Source: an uncultured Rikenellaceae bacterium
GTDB lineage: Bacteria; Bacteroidota; Bacteroidia; Bacteroidales; VadinHA17
NCBI GenBank assembly: GCA_964633195.1
Contig: CAZWFL010000011.1
Span: 8,932-72,931, forward strand
Direction of reading: 5' to 3'
DNA length: 64,000 bases
Under the pieces are notes generated by a model that was not told where the DNA came from, made no database searches, and was given only the letters and a program-made list of their open reading frames with translations. Each line of letters starts with the position of its first letter. The stretch's first letter is position 1. Positions 10,228-17,832 of the stretch are shown piece by piece. A program made the translations under genes and the position numbers.

Positions 10228-10244
10228 TTTAAAATATGAAATTT

Positions 10245-10317
10245 GATTCAGTAGCTCAGTTGGTAGAGCACATCCCTTTTAAGGATGGGGTCCTGGGTTC
10301 GAGCCCCAGCTGGATCA
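10245..10317 (+). tRNA. tRNA-Lys (anticodon UUU)
   Basis: Full cloverleaf: acceptor GATTCAG/CTGGATC, D arm, anticodon arm CATCC-CTTTTAA-GGATG, T arm CTGGG-TTCGAGC-CCCAG; CCA not encoded. Confidence 0.97.
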
Positions 10318-10322
10318 CAATA

Positions 10323-10350
10323 AAGAGGATAATTGAAAGATCCTCCTTTT
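10323..10350 (+). terminator. Probable intrinsic terminator after tRNA-Lys
   Basis: GAGGAT-N9-ATCCTC hairpin followed by CTTTT. Confidence 0.5.
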
Positions 10351-10367
10351 CGTCTCGCTTACTTGCC

Positions 10368-10664
10368 ATGTATACGCTCTAAATTCTTTATAGTCATAAG
10401 CTGGACAGATATTACGTCGGGTATACAAATGACCTCAACAGACGTCTATCCGAACATAACAGAATCAAGGGTAAGTATACCGACATTGGCTTTCCATGGA
10501 CTGTTGTACACACGGAAGAATTTAAATCCGGGAAGGAAGCGAGAGACCGGGAAAGATTCATTAAAAAGAAAAAATCAAAACAACTTATTTTAGATCTAAT
10601 CAACAGTTGGCAGAGCATTCCGCTTTGCGGAAGGGTCCTGGGTTCGCCTGTCCCGATAGCCTGA
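10368..10664 (+). pseudogene. Small GIY-YIG nuclease with an in-frame TAA at codon 5
   Basis: Manual translation: MYTL*ILYSHKLDRYYVGYTNDLNRRLSEHNRIKGKYTDIGFPWTVVHTEEFKSGKEARDRERFIKKKKSKQLILDLINSWQ... It has the YxxYIL/YVG-T, R..EHN and catalytic E motifs of standalone GIY-YIG proteins. Missed by the ORF track. Confidence 0.88.
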
Positions 10665-10703
10665 ATGAAATGAAGGCGTGTCGGGAGGCCCCGGCTGGAT
10701 CAC
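10604..10703 (+). pseudogene. tRNA-Lys-derived copy C: D-loop to 3' end, anticodon arm replaced by TTCCGC-TTT-GCGGAA, with an ~40-nt hairpin inserted in the T loop
   Basis: CAGTTGGCAGAGCA-[TTCCGCTTTGCGGAA]-GGGTCCTGGGTTCG-[CCTGTCCCGA...TCGGG]-AGGCCCCGGCTGGATCAC. Confidence 0.85.
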
Positions 10704-11131
10704 GAAAGAAAAGAGTTATAAATTATTTGACCATCTCCCGGAAAAATGGAAAAAAATTCTGGATATTAATAACAGAAAAGGATTTAAAGGTTTTCCCGAT
10801 GAGGAAAGCTGGTTTAAAAATGATATTTTTAAGGTATAAACGAATAATAACAACACAATAAAACCAGCTTATGTTAAAAGTATTAACAAAACATGTCAGA
10901 AGCAATGGCCAATATGAACTGATTTTTGAATCAGCACACGGGAAGCCGGAATTCAGTGAATGGGAATTGGAACTGTAGGGCTGAACTATGGGCAATCATT
11001 TAGAGTACCCGGGAGAAGGAAAATTCAGGATACCAGGATCTCAGCAAATCCTGGATTAATTTTCTGCAATATTTCGGGTAATAACGCGCAATAAATGTTT
11101 TAAACATATTGATAATAAAGAAATAAATAAA

Positions 11132-12808
11132 ATGAAGTTAAAAAGATTTTTCAGCGGAGTTTTTATCGTTTTTGTACTACTCGTTGCATGTTCCTGTGCT
11201 AAAACAAATCCATTCATACAATTACACGTAAAAAGCTACCATGTTCCGGTTTTAAAAAACCTGAAAGGAAACCCGGTGTTACAAATGGAGTTGCAATTAA
11301 ACGATTCTTTGGCAACTCTCCATTCAACTTCCATAACAGTAAATCTGGAAGGAACAAGTGAAATGGATGATATAAAACTTGTTCGGGTTTGGTATTCCGG
11401 AAGTGATTCGCTCTTTCGGAATGTTTCGGCAATGAACTTGTTTGGCGGAGAAAAGGCACCTGCAACTAAAATTGAATTCACTGGTGAGCAACTGCTTAGC
11501 CCGGGCGAAAATTATTTTTGGGTTTCGGTTGAGTTAAACGAAGATGCAAACCTGCACAACAAAATTGGAGTGGCGCTGTCAAAATTAAAATTCAGCGACA
11601 ATACTTACCTGAAACCAAATACCGAATCCGGCAGTTTAAAACAACGAATAGGAGTCGCCGTACGAAAACACATGGACGACAACGTGCAAACCTACCGGAT
11701 CCCTGGCATTGCCACAACTAATGATGGCTCATTGCTGGCCGTTTACGATGTCCGCCGCCAAAGCAGCCGCGACCTTCAGGGCGATATGGACATTGGTGTC
11801 AGCCGCAGCACCGATGGCGGAAAATCCTGGGAACCCATGCGTATTGGGCTGGATATGGATGAGTGGGGAGGCCTTCCTGAAAAATTCAACGGGGTAAGCG
11901 ATGCATGTATTTTAGTGGATGAAAATTCAGGTAAAATATTTTTAGCAGGGCTTTGGATGCACGGGGTAATTAATGATGAGGGTGTTTGGCAGGAAGGACT
12001 TACTGAAGAAAGCACCCTTTGGAACCATCAGTGGCGAACCAAAGGCTCGCAACCCGGTTTTGGGGTAAAACAAACTGCGCAGTTTTTGATAGCTACCTCC
12101 ACCGACGATGGAAAAACCTGGAGCGATCCGGCAAATATTACCGAAATGTGCAAAAAAGAAGAATGGTGGCTATTTGCTCCCGCTCCCGGCCAGGGAATTA
12201 CGTTGGAAGACGGGACACTTGTTTTTCCAACTCAGGGCCGTGATAAAAACGGGGAAACTTTTTCAAATATTACCTTAAGCTCAGATGGTGGGGAGAACTG
12301 GAAAACCAGTCCCCTTGCCTTTTTTAACACCACAGAAAATATGGTGGTTCAACTTTCTGGTGGTAGTATTATGCTGAATGCCCGCTTTAACGAAAACCGG
12401 AATAACAAGGGGGATGATAACGGACGTGTTGTGGTTACCACAAGTGATTTGGGGAATACATGGGAAGAACATCCCACTTCCCGCTCGGCGCTAATCGAAT
12501 CAACCTGCATGGCATCCATTCATAAACATGTTTATAATGAAAACGGGGAAGAAAAAAGCATTCTACTGTTTTCGAATCCCAACACCAAAACCGGCCGCTT
12601 TAATATGACCATCAAAGTAAGTTTCGACGATGGCAAAACCTGGCCTGAAGAAAACTGGTTGCTACTGGATGAAGGTAGAAGTTATGGCTATTCCTGTCTT
12701 ACATCGGTAGATGAAAACACCATCGGTATTTTATACGAAGGCAGCCGGGCACACATGACTTTTGAAAGTATTCCGTTAAAGGAATTGGCAAATAATGACT
12801 TGAAATAG
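11132..12808 (+). CDS. nanH: Exo-alpha-sialidase (GH33), lipoprotein
   Basis: Lipobox VACSC, YRIP motif, Asp-boxes (STDGGKSW, STDDGKTW, SSDGGENW, SFDDGKTW), YGYSC. Confidence 0.92.
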   Translation: MKLKRFFSGVFIVFVLLVACSCAKTNPFIQLHVKSYHVPVLKNLKGNPVLQMELQLNDSLATLHSTSITVNLEGTSEMDDIKLVRVWYSGSDSLFRNVSAMNLFGGEKAPATKIEFTGEQLLSPGENYFWVSVELNEDANLHNKIGVALSKLKFSDNTYLKPNTESGSLKQRIGVAVRKHMDDNVQTYRIPGIATTNDGSLLAVYDVRRQSSRDLQGDMDIGVSRSTDGGKSWEPMRIGLDMDEWGGLPEKFNGVSDACILVDENSGKIFLAGLWMHGVINDEGVWQEGLTEESTLWNHQWRTKGSQPGFGVKQTAQFLIATSTDDGKTWSDPANITEMCKKEEWWLFAPAPGQGITLEDGTLVFPTQGRDKNGETFSNITLSSDGGENWKTSPLAFFNTTENMVVQLSGGSIMLNARFNENRNNKGDDNGRVVVTTSDLGNTWEEHPTSRSALIESTCMASIHKHVYNENGEEKSILLFSNPNTKTGRFNMTIKVSFDDGKTWPEENWLLLDEGRSYGYSCLTSVDENTIGILYEGSRAHMTFESIPLKELANNDLK

Positions 12809-12879
12809 AAAAATTATTTTACAGGTACATTCATTAATTGCAAAATCCGGGTTGTATCTTGATTCCTAAAAAAAACATA

Positions 12880-12980
12880 ATGAAACCCACATGATTGATC
12901 CAAATCACAAACACAAATGAATATAATTCAATATCAATCATGTGTGGTTCTCCCGCTTAGGCGGGACGGGCTATCCGACC
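12880..12980. repeat. Dispersed ~100-bp stem-loop/MITE-like element, copy 1
   Basis: Shares ATGAAACCCACAT at the start and 32/35 nt at the end with 25861-25984; internal inverted repeat CACATGATTGAT/ATCAATCATGTG. Confidence 0.75.
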
Positions 12981-13002
12981 TTTAAAAATAGATTATCTAG
13001 GG

Positions 13003-15528
13003 ATGAAAAATTATTTATTTCTTTTATTTATTACTTTAACTGGCATTTCTGCTCAAAGTCAGCACTCCAACTGGCCGGTACTAAAAAGTTACGATGAAAA
13101 CCACATTTCAAAAGTTGCGCTTCCCGTTGGGGGTATCGGCACAGGAACAGTATCCATTAGCGGCCGGGGGAGCCTGGTTGACTGGGAAATTATGAACCGC
13201 CCGGGAAAAGGGTTCAGCACAGTAACTCCCGGAAATGATGCCCCGTTTTTTGCCATTCACATTCAGGATGGAGAAAAAAGTTACACCAGAGGTTTGATGG
13301 GGCCGCTCCTCGACCACGAATACGAGCACATGGAAGGCCGCCCTGTTGATCATCACGGTATTCCCCGCTTTGAAAAAGCAACTTTCGATGCAGCCTACCC
13401 TTTTGGAGTGGTGAACCTTTCCGACAACAACCTGCCTGTTGATGTAAGAATAAAAACATTTAACCCGCTGATTCCGGGTGATGCCGATGCCAGCGGGATT
13501 CCAATTGCCATTTTGCGGTACGAAGTTACAAATAAAACAGGCAAGCCATTAACCGTTTCAGTTTGTGGTTCCATCCGTAATTTTATCGGGAAAGATGGAA
13601 GCAAATTCCACTATGACTGGAAAGGAGATAAAATTTATGACGGTGCTGTAAAAAATACCAATGAGTTTCGCAGTAATGCTAATCTCCAGGGAATTTTTTT
13701 TAAACCCGGGGAAGTGGACGAACTTGATCCGGCATGGGGAACCATGGCCTTGACCACTGATGCGGCTTCGGGATTTTCTTTCCGGACTTCATCTGTTCAC
13801 AATGCCTGGAGTAACGCGGTGCTCGATTTCTGGGACGATTTTAGCGATGACGGCAAACTAATAGAAAAAACAGAACAGGTTGATAATGACCCGATGGCCT
13901 CGCTGGCCGTTCAGCAGGAAATTCCGGCCAATGGCACACACGTTTTTCAGTTTTTTCTTACCTGGCATTTTCCCAACCGGATTGCCTGGGCAAAGGAAGT
14001 AGTTGGAAATTATTATACAACACAATACAACGATGCATGGGATGTAATTGACAAAACCTACCCCGATTTGAATCACCTTGAACAAAAAACAGTTGACTTT
14101 GTGAATGCTTTTTTGAGTTCTGATCTGCCTGAAGTGGTGAAAGAAGCTGCCCTTTTTAACATCAGCACCCTGCGATCACAAACCGTTTTCAGGATAAAAA
14201 GCGGACATATGATGGGCTGGGAAGGCTGCATGGATGTGAATGGTTCGTGCGCCGGTTCATGCACACACGTTTGGAACTACGAACAGGCCACCGCTTTTTT
14301 GTTTGGCAATTTGGCCCAAACCATGCGCGACGTAGAGTTTAATTATGCCACCCGCGAAAATGGCGGGATGGCATTCCGTACAGCATTACCGCTGATTATT
14401 GACCAAACAGGGGGAACGGCTGCCGACGGACAAATGGGCACCATCATGAAAATGTACCGCGACTGGCTACTTTCAGGAGATACGGAATTTTTGAAAAAGA
14501 GCTGGCCGAATGTAAAAAATGCCCTCTCCTTTGCGTGGCTCGAAAACAGTTGGGATGCCAATGCCGACGGAGTTATGGAGGGTAGTCAGCACAATACAAT
14601 GGACGTAAATTATTCTGGGCCAAACCCGCAAATGCAGTTCTGGTATCTCGGGGCCTTAAAAGCTGCCGGGAAAATGGCAATTGCCTTAAATGATGATGTT
14701 TTTGCAAAGAAGTGCGCTGAAATTTATCAGTCAGGCAGTAAATGGACCGACGGGAACCTCTTTAATGGCGAATACTACGAGCACATGGTTCTGGATCCTG
14801 AAACTAAAAAGGAGATAACGGATTATGCAGCACCCAACATGACCCGGTACCAGTTGGCAAAAGGATGTCTGGTTGACCAGTTGGTTGGGCAATACATGGC
14901 ACATATTTGCGGATTGGGCTACCTCGCCTCCGAAGAAAACATGAAAACTACCCTACAAAGCATTCTGAAATACAATTACCGTGAGAGTATGACCAATCAT
15001 TTTAACAACATGCGCTCTTATGCATTGGGCGATGAATCAGCATTGCTGATGGCAAGCTGGCCAAAAGGACGGCCCAAAGTACCATTCCCCTACTTTTCGG
15101 AAGTAATGACAGGGTTTGAATATACCGCTGCCGTGGGAATGATTTACGAAGGGATGAAAAAAGAAGGATTGGAAGTAATCCGGAATATCAGGGCACGTTA
15201 CGACGGCGCCAAACGAAGTCCGTTTAACGAAGCCGAATGCGGACACCATTATGCACGTGCCATGGCAAGCTGGGCATCGGTTATTGCACTCTCCGGGTTT
15301 CAGTACTCTGCAATCGACAAAAGTATGACGTTTACCTCAAGTCCCGGAACTTACTTCTGGAGCAACGGTTCGGCATGGGGAACCTGCACAGTCTCGGAAA
15401 ATAAAGCTGAATTAAAAATACTTTCCGGTGAGATCAGACTTCGCAAATTAACGCTCAGCGGAATTGGAACGATAGTTTTTGATAACAAACAGTTAAAGTC
15501 GGGGGAGGCAGCCAATTTTGAAATATAG
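13003..15528 (+). CDS. GH116 family glycoside hydrolase (glucosylceramidase/beta-glycosidase-like), secreted
   Basis: PVGGIGTG N-terminal motif, GWEG...CTHVWNY, ADGQMG, QHNTMD, EVMTGFEY, ECGHHYARAMASW. Confidence 0.85.
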   Translation: MKNYLFLLFITLTGISAQSQHSNWPVLKSYDENHISKVALPVGGIGTGTVSISGRGSLVDWEIMNRPGKGFSTVTPGNDAPFFAIHIQDGEKSYTRGLMGPLLDHEYEHMEGRPVDHHGIPRFEKATFDAAYPFGVVNLSDNNLPVDVRIKTFNPLIPGDADASGIPIAILRYEVTNKTGKPLTVSVCGSIRNFIGKDGSKFHYDWKGDKIYDGAVKNTNEFRSNANLQGIFFKPGEVDELDPAWGTMALTTDAASGFSFRTSSVHNAWSNAVLDFWDDFSDDGKLIEKTEQVDNDPMASLAVQQEIPANGTHVFQFFLTWHFPNRIAWAKEVVGNYYTTQYNDAWDVIDKTYPDLNHLEQKTVDFVNAFLSSDLPEVVKEAALFNISTLRSQTVFRIKSGHMMGWEGCMDVNGSCAGSCTHVWNYEQATAFLFGNLAQTMRDVEFNYATRENGGMAFRTALPLIIDQTGGTAADGQMGTIMKMYRDWLLSGDTEFLKKSWPNVKNALSFAWLENSWDANADGVMEGSQHNTMDVNYSGPNPQMQFWYLGALKAAGKMAIALNDDVFAKKCAEIYQSGSKWTDGNLFNGEYYEHMVLDPETKKEITDYAAPNMTRYQLAKGCLVDQLVGQYMAHICGLGYLASEENMKTTLQSILKYNYRESMTNHFNNMRSYALGDESALLMASWPKGRPKVPFPYFSEVMTGFEYTAAVGMIYEGMKKEGLEVIRNIRARYDGAKRSPFNEAECGHHYARAMASWASVIALSGFQYSAIDKSMTFTSSPGTYFWSNGSAWGTCTVSENKAELKILSGEIRLRKLTLSGIGTIVFDNKQLKSGEAANFEI

Positions 15529-15677
15529 TGAATTAATCGAACCATTCTGTTAGTATTGAAAAACATCTTGAAAATCAGTTGTATGAAACGAGCATGACCA
15601 ATTTTTAACGCAAACAAAAATCATAAAAATCATGCGAGTTACATCGAATACCTTTAAAAACTAACTTTTATAATGAG

Positions 15678-15854
15678 ATGAAATTAATAAAAGACCATAG
15701 AATTGTGGATACCTGGAGAAGGAAAAAACCTGAATACTGGAATACCAAAAAAGTTTACTCTCCAACAAGAATTTACCAAAACCGGATAACGAATTATGTG
15801 CCCGGCGAAGATTTAAAAATTCCCGTACACAACGGGAACAAAAAAGATATTTGA
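15678..15854 (+). pseudogene. Remnant of a second GH2-like glycosidase
   Basis: 58-codon frame containing IVDTWRRKKPEYWNTKKVYSP, which resembles the segment at the end of GH2 TIM barrels. Confidence 0.5.
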
Positions 15855-15916
15855 TTCATGGAAGATGTACAAGGCAGGAAATGAAAAAAAAATGAATAAT
15901 TAAAATTAGATAAGTT

Positions 15917-17731
15917 ATGAGGAAAGTAGTATTGTTAATCTTAGTTGCTGCCATTTCTGTGCAGCAGGCAAATGCTCAGTGGAAACCGGTTGGGGATAAA
16001 ATTAAAACCCCGTGGGCAGAAAAAGTAGATGCATCAAATCCACTGCCTGAATATCCACGTCCGCAATTGGAGCGCGAACAGTGGCTTAACCTGAACGGCT
16101 TGTGGAATTATGCCCTGGTTGAAAAAGGCGGTAATGTTCCCGATGCTTATGATGGACAGATACTTGTACCCTACCCTATAGAATCCAGTCTCTCAGGTGT
16201 TCAGAAAAGTGCAGGTGAGAACCAGGAACTTTGGTATCAACGTACTTTTACTGTTCCTTCGGGTTGGAAAAACAAAAATGTGGTTTTGAATTTTGGCGCT
16301 GTTGACTGGCAGGCAGAAGTTTGGGTGAACGGCATTAAAATTGGCACGCACAAAGGAGGATACTCTCCTTTCAGCTTCAACATTACTCCATTTTTGCAAA
16401 AGGGCGCCGAACAAAAGCTGCTGGTGAAGGTTTGGGATCCGACCGACGTGGGATTTCAGCCCCGGGGAAAACAAGTTAATAATCCGAGGGGGATTTGGTA
16501 CACTCCGGTTACCGGAATCTGGCAAACAGTTTGGATTGAACCTGTTGAGAAGACTTACATTACGCATCTTAAAATCGTTCCAAATATCGATGGTGGCAAT
16601 GTTACCGTTTTAGCTTCTGCTGAAGCAACAACTTCTGCTGATATAATTGAGGTAAAATTGCTGGAAAACGGAAACGTGATCAGCACAGGAAAAGCTGTAG
16701 CAGGACAGGAAGTATTTCTGGCGGTGCCCGAAGCCAAACTATGGAGCCCGGAGACACCCCATTTATACGATATGGAAGTTTCAATCCATCGCGATGGGAA
16801 GGTAGTTGACAACGTAAAAAGTTACTTCGGGATGCGCAAAATATCAACCAAACGCGATGCAAACGGAATTGTAAGAATGCAACTCAATAATAAAGATTAT
16901 TTCCATTTTGGCCCGCTTGACCAGGGTTGGTGGCCCGATGGTTTATATACTGCACCCACCGATGAAGCAATGCTTTACGACATCAAAAAAACCAAAGAGT
17001 TTGGCTTTAACATGATTCGGAAACATGTAAAAGTGGAACCGGCGCGCTGGTATTACCATTGCGACCGCGAAGGTATTCTGGTTTGGCAGGACATGCCCAA
17101 TGGAGACCGATCGCCACAATGGCAGACGCGCAACTATTTTAACGGGCTCGAATTCAAAAGGAGTGCTGAATCGGAAGAAAACTTCCGTCGTGAGTGGAAA
17201 GAAATTATAGACTTGTGCTATTCCAGCCCAAGTGTGGTAGTTTGGGTGCCCTTTAACGAAGCATGGGGACAGTTTAAAACAGAAGAAATCACGGAATGGA
17301 CCAAAAGCTATGACCCATCACGCCTGGTTAATTCGGCCAGCGGTGGAAACCACTATGAAGTGGGCGATATTCTGGATATGCACAATTACCCTGAACCTGT
17401 AATGGGACTATTCGATTCGAAGCGTGTAAACGTTTTGGGAGAATATGGAGGCATTGGCCTGGTAATCGAAAATCACCTCTGGGAGATAGACCGCAACTGG
17501 GGTTATGTGCAATATAAATCATCAGAAGAGGCCACTAAAGTGTATGTTGGTTATGCCGAGAAACTAAAAAAACTTATTCCTTACGGATATTCGGCAGCAG
17601 TTTACACGCAAACTACCGATGTTGAAATTGAGGTAAACGGATTAATGACCTATGACCGGAAAGTAATTAAGCTGAATGAAGAACAGATAAGAAAAGTAAA
17701 CCTGGAAATCTGCAACTCATTAAATCAGTAG
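15917..17731 (+). CDS. GH2 family glycoside hydrolase (beta-galactosidase/galactofuranosidase-like), secreted
   Basis: PEYPRPQ, LNFGAVDW, GIWQTVW, GPLDQGWWPDG, RKHVKVE, FNE acid/base and GEYGG nucleophile motifs. Confidence 0.9.
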   Translation: MRKVVLLILVAAISVQQANAQWKPVGDKIKTPWAEKVDASNPLPEYPRPQLEREQWLNLNGLWNYALVEKGGNVPDAYDGQILVPYPIESSLSGVQKSAGENQELWYQRTFTVPSGWKNKNVVLNFGAVDWQAEVWVNGIKIGTHKGGYSPFSFNITPFLQKGAEQKLLVKVWDPTDVGFQPRGKQVNNPRGIWYTPVTGIWQTVWIEPVEKTYITHLKIVPNIDGGNVTVLASAEATTSADIIEVKLLENGNVISTGKAVAGQEVFLAVPEAKLWSPETPHLYDMEVSIHRDGKVVDNVKSYFGMRKISTKRDANGIVRMQLNNKDYFHFGPLDQGWWPDGLYTAPTDEAMLYDIKKTKEFGFNMIRKHVKVEPARWYYHCDREGILVWQDMPNGDRSPQWQTRNYFNGLEFKRSAESEENFRREWKEIIDLCYSSPSVVVWVPFNEAWGQFKTEEITEWTKSYDPSRLVNSASGGNHYEVGDILDMHNYPEPVMGLFDSKRVNVLGEYGGIGLVIENHLWEIDRNWGYVQYKSSEEATKVYVGYAEKLKKLIPYGYSAAVYTQTTDVEIEVNGLMTYDRKVIKLNEEQIRKVNLEICNSLNQ

Positions 17732-17832
17732 AACACTGTAAATGAAACATCAAGGGTTGACGGAAGGTGGAAAACGTCCCCTGTTGTTTTGGAATCGGCT
17801 TTAGAACAAGAAATGAGGATCAATCAGTTTAT

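Noticed and set aside
10173-10382. The loop of copy A reads TTA (would decode UAA) and the GIY-YIG gene has an in-frame TAA, suggesting a dedicated ochre suppressor
   Set aside because: Copy A lacks the 3' T-stem strand and acceptor strand, has no U33 and would have only a 4-bp stem for a 7-nt loop, so it cannot be a functional tRNA alone. TTA also appears in the related hairpins at 12951 and 25955. Treated as coincidence.
10333-10995. ORF-track calls 10333-10593, 10412-10618, 10607-10861 and 10723-10995
   Set aside because: Off-frame or antisense shadows of the GIY-YIG pseudogene, tRNA copy C and gene scraps; no recognisable motifs.
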